A stretch of DNA of 32,000 nucleotides from an uncultured archaeon (GTDB lineage: Archaea; Asgardarchaeota; Thorarchaeia; Thorarchaeales; Thorarchaeaceae). Below the pieces are notes generated by a model. It saw only the letters and a list, made by a program, of their open reading frames with translations. It was not told the DNA's origin and ran no database searches. Of the stretch, positions 1-9,189 are shown piece after piece; position 1 is the first letter of the stretch, and every line of letters starts with the position of its first letter. The DNA is taken from NCBI GenBank assembly GCA_964648855.1, contig CAZYLT010000003.1:30001-62000 (forward strand), read 5' to 3'. A program made the position numbers and the translations under genes.

Positions 1-266
1 TGCCCACGAGAAACGAAAATACAGGTCGCTTCGAATACATCACCTTTGACCTTCTTTTGCAGCCATCCAACGAAAGAGGGCATGCTGCTCGTGGTTAGCT
101 TATGTCTCCCTGCGAGGAACGTGTCCAGGGCCTTGCCATCTCGGTAGAAGATGGCCGCTTGATTCTCCATTACAATAAGCTGAGAGCCCCATTCAATTCT
201 GTTGTCCGGATACCGCCAAACAATCTGATCGGGACCCGCATTTGTCCATTCTATAGCATCAGCCAT
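1..266 (-). CDS. SPFH (band 7) domain protein, YdjI-like; 5' part only, continues off the left edge
   Basis: Not in the ORF track. Manual translation from ATG at 266 gives MADAIEWTNAGPDQIVWRYPDNRIEWGSQLIVMENQAAIFYRDGKALDTFLAGRHKLTT..., matching the 'WRYP..I..GSQLIV.E.Q.AIF.RDGKALD.F..G.H.L.T' N-terminus of YdjI-type SPFH proteins. The frame is open to base 1. Confidence 0.85.
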   Translation of the reverse strand, partial: MADAIEWTNAGPDQIVWRYPDNRIEWGSQLIVMENQAAIFYRDGKALDTFLAGRHKLTTSSMPSFVGWLQKKVKGDVFEATCIFVSRG

Positions 267-418
267 TCTGAATACACCCGTAAGTAATTCGAGTACTGAA
301 TGGTTACTACGTGGAGTGGTTTTAAACGTTCACATGCTATAGTAAAAGATGCTAATTCCGTTGCAAACAAGTTCTAAGTTATTAGGTAAGATGCGAAATT
401 ACTTCTGGAGTCCTAGAT

Positions 419-871
419 TTGAAAGCAACCCATGATGAACCTAAAGGAGAGGAACCCGACCAGAAGGAAGACAAAGGGACAAAGCGACGGCCATTCAATT
501 TCATGAGAAGCTATATCGAAATTGGCGCTGGCATAATCGGTAGCTATGTCCTGCTCTATGTTATCGGGTATTTTGCCTTGATTTCCCTGATGCTCTTCAT
601 AATCGTCGTTGTTGTTAGAGAAACCGTCTACATTCTACAAAGCTACGAGTATGGGTTTATCCGAAAGGCTGCTGTATTCAATGTGATTCACGCCGCGGGG
701 TGGTTCATTGTATTGACCATCAATGCATTCACACTACTTGAATATGGTACTCCTTTGATTTTACCCCAATTTCCAACCTTGACCAATATGGCACCATTAT
801 TCATCCTAATGGCACTGTTTGGGTCTAGAAATATCAGTGCGATGTACGTTCCTGACAAGAGGCAATCATAG
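419..871 (+). CDS. Hypothetical membrane protein (about 4 TM)
   Basis: 150 aa with a charged N-terminus then hydrophobic segments; TTG start preceded by GGAG. Confidence 0.75.
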   Translation: MKATHDEPKGEEPDQKEDKGTKRRPFNFMRSYIEIGAGIIGSYVLLYVIGYFALISLMLFIIVVVVRETVYILQSYEYGFIRKAAVFNVIHAAGWFIVLTINAFTLLEYGTPLILPQFPTLTNMAPLFILMALFGSRNISAMYVPDKRQS

Positions 872-875
872 AGGT

Positions 876-1631
876 CTAAACGGTCATCTCCATCAGGTCA
901 TGTCCAAGCAGGACTTCGCTGTCGGATGTTCCTTTAATTATGGATAGAACGCTCTCCGCCGCATTGACAACTGGGGGCGATAGGTGAACGAGAGCCACCT
1001 TGGATGGCTGAGCATCAGCAACTATGGAGGCTAATTCACTTGGACTTGTATGCACTCTTTTTTCATGATTTCCGTCCAACCAGTTGCATTCATGTATCAG
1101 GAGATCAACAGCCGTTGCCAGCTCGGTTATTTCATCACAAGGAGCTGTGTCACTGGAATAAACAATACTCTTCCCCCTGTAATCTACACGATATGCTCTG
1201 GAATCCATATCTCCGTGGGAAGTTGGAACACAGCGAACGGTGAACTCATTGATCTTCACCTGGTCATATTCGCCAAGCTTGTGGCGCATAATGGGAAACC
1301 TCCCCTTCAGGTAAGAAAATGCCGTATCAAAGACACCTTCCCACCACTGATCCATTGCTGACGGGCCATAGACATGCAGCTCATCCCTCAAACCTGAGAG
1401 CCACAAGGTCTGGCACAGGGTCACAAAGTCTGAGCAATGGTCGATATGAAAATGGCTCAAAAGAACATGTTGAATTTTCGTTATATCGTCGACTACCTGC
1501 AGAAGTCTGTGCAGAATTCCCGATCCAGCATCAAGAAGAATCGGTATATCTTCGATTTCGACTAGAACTCCTGACTGAACACGTTCCGGATCCGGATACG
1601 AGGTACCTGTTCCCAGTAATGTCACTTTCAT
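876..1631 (-). CDS. MBL-fold metallo-hydrolase (RNase Z/AtsA-like)
   Basis: LLGTG N-terminus, DAGSG, SHFHIDH (HxHxDH), SSDT, HEC and HTS motifs. Confidence 0.9.
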   Translation of the reverse strand: MKVTLLGTGTSYPDPERVQSGVLVEIEDIPILLDAGSGILHRLLQVVDDITKIQHVLLSHFHIDHCSDFVTLCQTLWLSGLRDELHVYGPSAMDQWWEGVFDTAFSYLKGRFPIMRHKLGEYDQVKINEFTVRCVPTSHGDMDSRAYRVDYRGKSIVYSSDTAPCDEITELATAVDLLIHECNWLDGNHEKRVHTSPSELASIVADAQPSKVALVHLSPPVVNAAESVLSIIKGTSDSEVLLGHDLMEMTV

Positions 1632-1771
1632 TGTATATCCGCTCTCACTACAATTGGGTTCATGCCGCGTTATTATATTTCCTGAAACAGTGAGAAACGG
1701 ATTCTTGCTACAAGAATCTAGAATACACTCTTCGACAGATTAAAGGGTATCTTGTTTCTAATGGAGGATAG

Positions 1772-3013
1772 GTGGGCAAGTCGATGAACTCGGTAGGTAC
1801 AGGAGACGGAAATGACAAGGATGCAGAAGGGAGTATCTCTCAAGGTGAAAAGAAGGCCTTCGTTTCTTCATTATGGGAACAAATCCACCCCTATCTCATC
1901 GTACTTATTCTGATCTCTCTGGCTGTAGCGAAAGTGCTCGTAGTTGGGTTCCTCAATTTCCTCATCGAGTCAGAGCAGGTCATCTACACTGGTTCGTACC
2001 CTGATACTCCCGACCTTCTATTGGCACTTGGCTACCAATGGGACTCAAGACACTTTTTAGCAATAGTTGAAGGGGGGTATCCAGCAAATCCAGATGATTC
2101 TCTTCTCTATGCTTTTGCTCCTCTCTATCCCATGCTCGTGTCGATGGTTGGTTGGCTGACTAACGATATTATCCTATCAGCTGTGCTTGTTTCAAATGTA
2201 TTCTATTTCGCATCGATTCTCTCGTTCTATAAGGTGGCTCGATTATATTTTGATTACGATCGAGCATGCATCGCATCCCTATTGTTGGGTATCTTTCCTA
2301 CCTATTTGGTCTATGGAACATTAGCCTATTCCGAGGCTCCCTACATTTTCTTCGCAACATCATCGTGGTTCTATTTCAGGGATGCCTCCTATAATCTCTC
2401 TTCAGTCCTTATCACACTGGCAATATTGACACGGTATATTGGCATAGTGATTTTGGGTATCTATTTTCTGATTGGATTCTGGCGACTGATTTCGCGAGAT
2501 GTCGCGATAGATGTTCAGACCAATGACTTGAAGGCGGTCCTCTGGTTTATTGTACCAGCAATGTCAGTCATCGCTCTATTTTTTTCTTTTCAATACTTGA
2601 CCGGCAATTTCTTTATTGTAGTGACTGCTCACGGAAGGTTTGATGATTCACTTACTACGCCAGTTCACCAATTCTTCTGGTTTTTCGATGGCTTCTTCGT
2701 TGAACGAAATCCTTGGGTAGATCCCTGGGAGCTGCTTCTTCAGCGATATGCCTTTACCTTGCCCTTCCTGTGCTTATCACTGCTAACTTTGAAAATGGAC
2801 AAAGAGACTGGTTTCTACAGCACTTTTGTTATGATGTTTGTATTGAGCCTGTCGGGCATATCTTCTATTGCTAGTCCTAGAATCATGCTTGCCAGTTGGT
2901 TATCGATTCTACCCTTGGCGAAAAAACGTTGGCTCGTCATCATTTTCATTCCCCTCTTCCTAGCTGTCAGTCTATGGGTTATGTTTCAATTTCAGACGGG
3001 ATTCTTTGCATAG
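1772..3013 (+). CDS. GT-C fold polyprenol-phosphate-sugar-dependent glycosyltransferase (PIG-V/mannosyltransferase-like)
   Basis: Polytopic membrane protein with QWDSRHFLAIVEGGY...AFAPLYP, YSE and LTRYIG motifs; GTG start with GGAGGA RBS. Confidence 0.8.
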   Translation: MGKSMNSVGTGDGNDKDAEGSISQGEKKAFVSSLWEQIHPYLIVLILISLAVAKVLVVGFLNFLIESEQVIYTGSYPDTPDLLLALGYQWDSRHFLAIVEGGYPANPDDSLLYAFAPLYPMLVSMVGWLTNDIILSAVLVSNVFYFASILSFYKVARLYFDYDRACIASLLLGIFPTYLVYGTLAYSEAPYIFFATSSWFYFRDASYNLSSVLITLAILTRYIGIVILGIYFLIGFWRLISRDVAIDVQTNDLKAVLWFIVPAMSVIALFFSFQYLTGNFFIVVTAHGRFDDSLTTPVHQFFWFFDGFFVERNPWVDPWELLLQRYAFTLPFLCLSLLTLKMDKETGFYSTFVMMFVLSLSGISSIASPRIMLASWLSILPLAKKRWLVIIFIPLFLAVSLWVMFQFQTGFFA

Positions 3014-3082
3014 GTTCATTATACGTAGGATTAAAACACTCGATTCATACCATGCCGGGACCTGCTAAAGATGGGGTGTTGA

Positions 3083-3307
3083 ATGAATAGAAGAAAACTC
3101 ATGGCCGGAATGGCGGTTGTGTTTCTGGTTTCTGTCGGGGTGGGCTATTTTGCTGCCCAGACTCCTGTCACTGAGGAACAGGAACTGGAACCCAAGCCGC
3201 CCGACAACCGCACGTGAGAAGACTACGAGTATATTGATACGTCTATCGACAACGTCATGGATGTGTTGTATATTCGTGGGGGCTATAGAGCCGACCTTCG
3301 CTCGTAG
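3083..3307 (+). pseudogene. Probable remnant of a secreted or membrane-anchored protein gene
   Basis: GGGGTG RBS and ATG give MNRRKLMAGMAVVFLVSVGVGYFAA (signal/anchor-like); in-frame TGA at 3215-3217, then 29 more plausible codons to TAG at 3305-3307. Confidence 0.45.
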
Positions 3308-3488
3308 GTTGGATGAGAGGGTTCATTGGAATGCACGATGAGTCTGTTGCGTAAAGCATTGCAGCAATAGTGGAGTACCGGGCTGCACCTGGAATTCCAA
3401 TGAGCTCTTTTCTTGTTTATGAAGAGAGTGTTCTGGCTAGAGGGACGCAAATAGCACGTCAAGTGTGATTTGATAAAATAAGAGGAAT

Positions 3489-3508
3489 CTGGGGAATAGA
3501 GTCCCCAG
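3489..3508 (-). terminator. Hairpin just downstream of the 3521-4078 gene
   Basis: CTGGGGA-N6-TCCCCAG perfect 7-bp stem 12 nt past the stop, followed by pyrimidine/T-rich sequence on the minus strand. Confidence 0.5.
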
Positions 3509-3520
3509 CAGTAGTAAGAA

Positions 3521-4078
3521 CTAGTCTTGATACCCTTTCATGTAGCCTTCCCGCTGTTTCCACTTGTCTTCCAAGCGTTGCATGATTTGCCACATTCGGT
3601 ACGTGTAATTCCAGGCCTCATCAAACTGACCTTGGTTCATGTCGTCCAGAAACTGCTCAGCCACTTCGTTGATTGCTCCGATGTCTTCAATGATTGTACC
3701 ATCGAATTCATACAGGCGGTCCAACTCTTTCTCGTCTATCTTCTCCTTGCTGCCCCAGGAAGCGTATCCATAGTCAGCATATCGGATAGACGATTCCATC
3801 TTGTCAGCCAGGTTTAGCATGCGATCCATGGTTTCCCACGTCTTCGTCAGATTGTAGTCTACCACCATCATCTGGAGCTTCTCAAGATCTTGCTTCACGA
3901 GCCTAAGCTGGTCAGCTAGAAACTCTCGGAGAACCTTGTCCGCTGAGCGGCGCTCCTCCTTCTCTTGGTATCCATGCCATCCAGGCACGTAGTGTGTGAT
4001 TTTGCCGAAGAAGCCGCCTTTAATGTCCTTAGCCGCCTTTTTTCTGATGCGTTTGGCTATTGGGTCATCTTTTCCCAC
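3521..4078 (-). CDS. Conserved helical hypothetical protein
   Basis: 185 aa; 'PGWHGYQEKEERRSADKVLR' and 'IRYADYGY...KIDEKELDRLYEFD' resemble a conserved uncharacterised prokaryotic family; GTG start with GGAGA RBS. Confidence 0.8.
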   Translation of the reverse strand: MGKDDPIAKRIRKKAAKDIKGGFFGKITHYVPGWHGYQEKEERRSADKVLREFLADQLRLVKQDLEKLQMMVVDYNLTKTWETMDRMLNLADKMESSIRYADYGYASWGSKEKIDEKELDRLYEFDGTIIEDIGAINEVAEQFLDDMNQGQFDEAWNYTYRMWQIMQRLEDKWKQREGYMKGYQD

Positions 4079-4096
4079 TTTTGAAATCTCCTAATT

Positions 4097-4121
4097 GTTG
4101 AGTCAACTCTGTTGTATCAAC
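4097..4121. promoter_or_regulatory. Two tandem GTTG-N3-CAAC palindromes, candidate operator
   Basis: GTTGagtCAAC at 4097-4107 and GTTGtatCAAC at 4111-4121, between a TATA-like TTTTTAAG (minus strand, about 4154-4161) and the 4078 start codon. Confidence 0.35.
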
Positions 4122-4207
4122 AGCGTTATCTTGCCTGTGCTGTAACTTGAAGCCTTAAAAAACATATTACGAAACACTCCTTCCACGTCATCGATGAAAT
4201 GCCAGTC

Positions 4208-4909
4208 CTATCTGTTTGGCATGATGTGAATGTGGTCGATATTGCTGGTCTCAGCCTGATCTATGATTGTCCTGAAGGCCTTTGCCACGTCGGTTACTGT
4301 GAGCATCTTTGACCGGTCGACATCCTTACCATTAAACCACGGGGTAGAAACGCTACCCGGATTGATAGTGGCTGCCTTGACGTTGGTCCCCTTCAGTTCC
4401 TCGCGTAATGACCACACCATCGCCTGAACTGCATGCTTTGTTGCCGCATATATGGAGGCTCGAGCTGAAGTTTCAAGACCGAGATTTGATGACGTCACAA
4501 TAACCTGACCTGAGTTCTTCTCTTTCATCCCTGGTAACACTTTCTTGAGATAAAGAAAGACTCCACGGACGTTCGTGTCGAATTGCTTGTCATATTCTTC
4601 TATTGTCAGGTCTTCGAGGTTCCCGAAATAACCAACCCCTGCATTGGCAATAAGCACGTCAATTCTCCCGAACGATTTCTCTATTTGGTTGAAATGCTTG
4701 TCCACATTGGTTTCTTCAGATACATCGCCAATCCCGATGACTGCTTTTCCACCTAAGTCCTCAACTGCAGTCTTAACTTCCCTTAGTCGTTCCTCATTTC
4801 TCCCGATGAGATAGAAGGAATGCCCATCAGGAGCCATCTCTATGGCAACCTGTCTTCCTATGCCGCTCGACGCCCCGGTTATAACGATCACTTTCTTGTC
4901 ATCTGTCAA
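4208..4909 (-). CDS. Classical SDR-family NAD(P)-dependent oxidoreductase
   Basis: TGASSGIG, NAG and YAATK motifs. Confidence 0.93.
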   Translation of the reverse strand: MTDDKKVIVITGASSGIGRQVAIEMAPDGHSFYLIGRNEERLREVKTAVEDLGGKAVIGIGDVSEETNVDKHFNQIEKSFGRIDVLIANAGVGYFGNLEDLTIEEYDKQFDTNVRGVFLYLKKVLPGMKEKNSGQVIVTSSNLGLETSARASIYAATKHAVQAMVWSLREELKGTNVKAATINPGSVSTPWFNGKDVDRSKMLTVTDVAKAFRTIIDQAETSNIDHIHIMPNR

Positions 4910-5056
4910 TGCTTACACACCAAGAAACAAAATCGCATACATATTGAAAAACCTACTACTATATGTCAATTCTATAGAGAATTTAGGATTCTTTGTTTCG
5001 TTGGAAAAAGAGTCGGCAGAAGAGCGATGCGTGTTTTCGCTCTTCGCAATCGTTTT

Positions 5057-6256
5057 TTACCATAGTTGGTATTCGCGTTTCACAAAGCCCTTCCAAACAT
5101 TTGGCAGGTCAGCGATTACCTCGCCAGCAATGCTTGTGACTGAGCCCATGATTTTCGGGATGTCACAATCTCCATATAGCTCGACATTTACCGCCTTTGG
5201 CTCCGTAATGCGTTTCCCGATCTGAGAAACGAGGTAGCAGTATACTTGTTCTATGTCGGGATGCTCCTCTACGACTTGGTTAACAATCTCTCTTGCAGCC
5301 ACATTGTAGGTCTTGCCCACATGACTCACGGGGTTCTTACCTGCCGCAGCTTCTAGGGTCATTGGTCGGTACGGAGTTATCAGACCGTTTGCGCGATTCC
5401 CTCGGCCAACTTGTCCATCGTCGCCGTGCTCAGCAGAGGTTCCGGTTATTGTTAGATAGTAGAGCCCATCCTCGGGGGAGTCGGCTGTATTGACGCTGAC
5501 CTCAGTATCCAAACCATCTATCTTGGCTGACAGGTCGAGCACAAGGTCCTCAATTGCTTCCATAACATTCATGTATTCTTCAGCGTCTTTTGTTTCTGTG
5601 CAGATGATGGCTGCTGCGACCTGGATGTGAAGGTCGTCGCCCATCCGCGTGCCCATGATTTTGATATCTTCTCCAATCTGAGGATACTTCTTCTTGATCT
5701 TCGGTGAGTTCAGTAACCGCTCAGACTCCAATACGAGTTGCTCAGTTGGAGATAGGGGTGCATATGCCACGCCAAAACTGGTGTCATTTGCACGAGGGAT
5801 GCCGCTCTCAACATCGAAGTTGCCTACTAGATCAGTGCTTCCTGCTCTGATTTTGTAATCAATGATGATGTCAGAATTTACATCCAGATGCGGGAGGTCT
5901 TCATGTAGCCATCGCCGTGTATGTTCTACCGAGAACTTGCCCACCGGCACGATTCGTTCATAGTCATCATCTACGACGTCTACAGCTCGACCACTCAGAA
6001 GCAAGTAAATTGGCTCAATGACATCTCCACCACCGAATCGTGAATTTGACTGTCCTCCAACGAGCAGGACTTTGTCCACATTGTGATGTTGCACGCGTCC
6101 GAACTCTTCTAGATAATACTCGCTCAGACGAATGGATAGTTCTTCAGCCGCCTTGTCGCATAATGTATCGGGATGGCCCTTGCCCTTTCGCTCAACTATT
6201 TCAACTTCTTTCTCTGTAAGCGGTGGGCCTTCGCCTCTTGAAACTCTAATATTCAT
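5057..6256 (-). CDS. mat: Archaeal-type S-adenosylmethionine synthetase (methionine adenosyltransferase)
   Basis: [50 protein letters not shown] and [12 protein letters not shown] motifs. Confidence 0.97.
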   Translation of the reverse strand: MNIRVSRGEGPPLTEKEVEIVERKGKGHPDTLCDKAAEELSIRLSEYYLEEFGRVQHHNVDKVLLVGGQSNSRFGGGDVIEPIYLLLSGRAVDVVDDDYERIVPVGKFSVEHTRRWLHEDLPHLDVNSDIIIDYKIRAGSTDLVGNFDVESGIPRANDTSFGVAYAPLSPTEQLVLESERLLNSPKIKKKYPQIGEDIKIMGTRMGDDLHIQVAAAIICTETKDAEEYMNVMEAIEDLVLDLSAKIDGLDTEVSVNTADSPEDGLYYLTITGTSAEHGDDGQVGRGNRANGLITPYRPMTLEAAAGKNPVSHVGKTYNVAAREIVNQVVEEHPDIEQVYCYLVSQIGKRITEPKAVNVELYGDCDIPKIMGSVTSIAGEVIADLPNVWKGFVKREYQLW

Positions 6257-6335
6257 TTGTTATCCTTCCATTAGGATTTGATTTTTTTCCTTCAGTGCTC
6301 CGCGAGTATAATCCTTATATAGCTTCGGGAAGGAA

Positions 6336-6381
6336 ATTACTCTTGGTTATTATTAGAATCAATAAAATAACCTATGGTAAT
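6336..6381. promoter_or_regulatory. Pair of imperfect palindromes ATWAC-N5-GTWAT in the mat/regulator divergent promoter
   Basis: ATTACtcttgGTTAT at 6336-6350 and ATAACctatgGTAAT at 6367-6381. Confidence 0.45.
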
Positions 6382-6395
6382 ATTGGTGTGCACCC

Positions 6396-6932
6396 ATGAT
6401 TGTATCGGAAACGGACCTGAGGCATATGCGCAAAGAGGCTGGAATCACCCAAGAAGAACTGGCGGAGCAGGTTGGCGTATCCCAAGCCTATATTGCGAGG
6501 CTAGAGAAAGGGACTCTGGATCCCAAGCTATCAATAGTCAAGAAGATAGTTGAGATTCTCTCGGCTCCGGTAAGTCGTACATGTGCAGAGGCTATGACAC
6601 CCAACCCGGTGACTGTGGGCGCAAGAAATCCTCTCGCTCAGGCGGCTTCTATCATGAAGCAACGAAACTATTCCCAGCTTCCTGTGATGCGTGGAGGCGC
6701 TGTAATTGGGTATGTGACTGAAAGAGACATTATCCGCAATCTGAATCTGAACATGGAAGAGGTGTCTGTCGAGGCTGTGATGAATCCCGCTGGGGTGCCA
6801 ATTGTGGATGAATCCACTCCTTTGTACACAGTCATTCCACTGTTTCAGCTGTATCAAGCCATCATGGTTCAAAAACAAGGACGGCTGAGTGGTATTATTA
6901 CGCGGTCTGACTTATTGCATATTGATGAATAG
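6396..6932 (+). CDS. XRE-HTH + CBS-pair transcriptional regulator (COG3620-like)
   Basis: LRHMRKEAGITQEELAEQVGVSQAYIARLEKG HTH, followed by two CBS repeats (YSQLPV..GYVTERD; GIITRSDLL). Confidence 0.92.
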   Translation: MIVSETDLRHMRKEAGITQEELAEQVGVSQAYIARLEKGTLDPKLSIVKKIVEILSAPVSRTCAEAMTPNPVTVGARNPLAQAASIMKQRNYSQLPVMRGGAVIGYVTERDIIRNLNLNMEEVSVEAVMNPAGVPIVDESTPLYTVIPLFQLYQAIMVQKQGRLSGIITRSDLLHIDE

Positions 6933-7039
6933 CCATTCTGGAGTATCTAGAATGCGAAATTCCCAGCCTTTTTTAGAAGTCCTACTCAGAATGTTTTATA
7001 TGGCATCGAAAGAAATCAAACTTGGAGTAGGTTGAGACA

Positions 7040-7699
7040 GTGAAACAACTGGAGACCCTTGAGGAATTGAGGGAAGGCATTGACCAATTTGTTGAACGCT
7101 GGAGTAAGATACAGCGCAATTCAGTCAAAGCGATCCAGGCTGTCACTAATACCATTGTCCAAGTTGATCATTTGGATGGGCCCTTAGGAAAACTGGAGGG
7201 CTTCAATAATATCCGTGAAAACACTCGTGGAAAACTCATTGTGAACCTCTTTGATAAATTGGTTCCCGCTCTTGAACGAAGCATCAAGCAATTCACGAAG
7301 CTTATGAAGAATTTTGAAGTGCTGCGTCAGAAGGCATCATCGATTCAAACGTTCGCTGAGAGTTTGAGAGGCAATATAACCGATTCTCCCGAACTTGAAG
7401 ATTTGGTGGGTTTCTTGGACCTCATTATAATGAGTATCCAGGATATTCTTTCGATGTTCGAAAGTGAGTTCTTAGTGAAGATTACTATCTATAGAGATCT
7501 TGAAGACGGCACCGCCGAAATGAGCGTCGTGAGCAACTATCTCACAATCTGGTCTGCCGAGCCGAATATTGAGCCTCACGCCCTTGAGAAACTGCTGAAT
7601 GATTTGGACGAACATTTCGAATTGCTCAGAGATGTATTCGCGGGAAAGACGGGAATCCAAGTTCCAGATGTTTATACGAAAGTATCGAAGCGATACTAG
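7040..7699 (+). CDS. All-helical protein resembling eukaryotic CINP / C1orf109
   Basis: 219 aa; MFESEFLVKITIYRDL and YLTIWSAEPNIE resemble my recollection of CINP C-terminal motifs (M.xxE.L.K / YLxxWxxQPx.E); GTG start. Confidence 0.6.
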   Translation: MKQLETLEELREGIDQFVERWSKIQRNSVKAIQAVTNTIVQVDHLDGPLGKLEGFNNIRENTRGKLIVNLFDKLVPALERSIKQFTKLMKNFEVLRQKASSIQTFAESLRGNITDSPELEDLVGFLDLIIMSIQDILSMFESEFLVKITIYRDLEDGTAEMSVVSNYLTIWSAEPNIEPHALEKLLNDLDEHFELLRDVFAGKTGIQVPDVYTKVSKRY

Positions 7700-7973
7700 A
7701 TTATTAGCCCCAAGGATTCGCGCAATTGTTTGTTGTCGGATTCAGATTATTTTCTTTGATGATTGAAACAGCAATTGCCTTTATAGATGGACTTGCTACC
7801 CCTTTTGCTGCAGCCAACAAAACGAAAAATCTTTCATTCCACGAATCAATTCTGATCTCCTCGAGTCAAGAATAATATCGGTTCTGGGGATTCATGTCTT
7901 TCCAGAAGAGGCGCTCTGGTGCGTAACAGACCAGATGCTATCTCCATGAAATTGAAAGCACCCGTATCAGATT

Positions 7974-9170
7974 TTACGATCTTCTCCTACGGTAAATTTC
8001 TATTATAATAACTCCAATGACAATCGAAACAGGAGCCAATATCAATCCCCAGTCTAGTAGAATATCTGCCCGTTCCTTAATCTCCAATTCAATGGATTCG
8101 GAATTTCCTGCTCCATCAAGGAATTGAATTGTGAGGTTATGTCGTCCCTCCTCAATATCAGCAATAGTGATTTCAATCAAGCCAGATTGCCAATATCCTC
8201 GTTCGATCGTGACAACATCAAGATATGTGATGTAATCCAAGGGAAATGGGTCTTCAACCTCCAATGAAACTGTTCTGGAATCACCTGCTACCACCAAATC
8301 TATTGGCTCGTTTATAGTAGGCGGTTCAGTATCGGACAACACTCTCGGAAAATTATCGATAGACTCTGCATCGCCGTGCAGTTCCATTGGACCGATACCA
8401 TCATAATTGCTATAGGCATTTCCTAGCGATTCGCCATCATCGAATGTATTATTCTGTCCATCATCAATGATGTGCCGTATTTCCAATGGGGCTATGCTTC
8501 CACCGTTCCAGCCAAATGAATTGTTCACCACTGAATTGTTGGATGCCCATTCATTGAATTGCAATCCCCAAAACGTGTTGGAGTAGATCTTATTATCCGT
8601 GAATGACGAATTCACAACATTGTTGCAGGAAATTCCCTTGCTACCACCCGCTGCGACGCAAGACGAAAATGTAATTTCACTTCCCGAATGAAATCTGTAA
8701 GCCGTTTCACAATCGAGAACAATGCATGAAGCAATAGCTGTCATATAGCCATCCCAAATATCGATGCCGATTCCGCCTCCTTCGATATACAATCCCTCTA
8801 ACTTGCAGTAGTCTGCGTTACTCAGTCTGATGAGTTCTGCTGTATTCCCCTCCGAACCCAGAATTCTACAGTTTCTGATTGTAAAGACTGCGTCTACGCC
8901 AAATTCGACATGAATTGCATAACCTGCTGAAGTTATAGTTAGATTCTCGATGATATACGGGTCTTCTATTGTGCCCGAACCCTCAAATCCAAGCAGTGGA
9001 AAATCGTCCTCATGCTGAATGATTACCGGCTCATGCTCCTGATAGACTTGTTGTGGATCTAATTGACCCGACCAATTTGCAGCTGTTCTGGCGTGTCTAG
9101 TAATCAGAGGCACAATGCATATGAGAAGGAACACTCCGAGAGTAGCTAATCTTTTTTCCTCTCTTTTCAT
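7974..9170 (-). CDS. Secreted right-handed parallel beta-helix (NosD/CASH-like) surface protein with Ig-like segment and C-terminal TM anchor
   Basis: Signal peptide, GSGTIEDPYIIENL, Asn-rich PbH repeats, C-terminal hydrophobic helix followed by YRRRRS. Confidence 0.85.
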   Translation of the reverse strand: MKREEKRLATLGVFLLICIVPLITRHARTAANWSGQLDPQQVYQEHEPVIIQHEDDFPLLGFEGSGTIEDPYIIENLTITSAGYAIHVEFGVDAVFTIRNCRILGSEGNTAELIRLSNADYCKLEGLYIEGGGIGIDIWDGYMTAIASCIVLDCETAYRFHSGSEITFSSCVAAGGSKGISCNNVVNSSFTDNKIYSNTFWGLQFNEWASNNSVVNNSFGWNGGSIAPLEIRHIIDDGQNNTFDDGESLGNAYSNYDGIGPMELHGDAESIDNFPRVLSDTEPPTINEPIDLVVAGDSRTVSLEVEDPFPLDYITYLDVVTIERGYWQSGLIEITIADIEEGRHNLTIQFLDGAGNSESIELEIKERADILLDWGLILAPVSIVIGVIIIEIYRRRRS

Positions 9171-9189
9171 TCGCTGTCCCCCAGTTCAA

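Noticed and set aside
102-287. 61-aa plus-strand ORF
   Set aside because: Shadow of the minus-strand SPFH gene
3215-3217. Selenocysteine readthrough of TGA
   Set aside because: No redox-motif context, no recognisable SECIS, and another stop follows 30 codons later
7700-7973. Possible small ORF or gene remnant between convergent genes
   Set aside because: Only short frames without RBS or recognisable motifs
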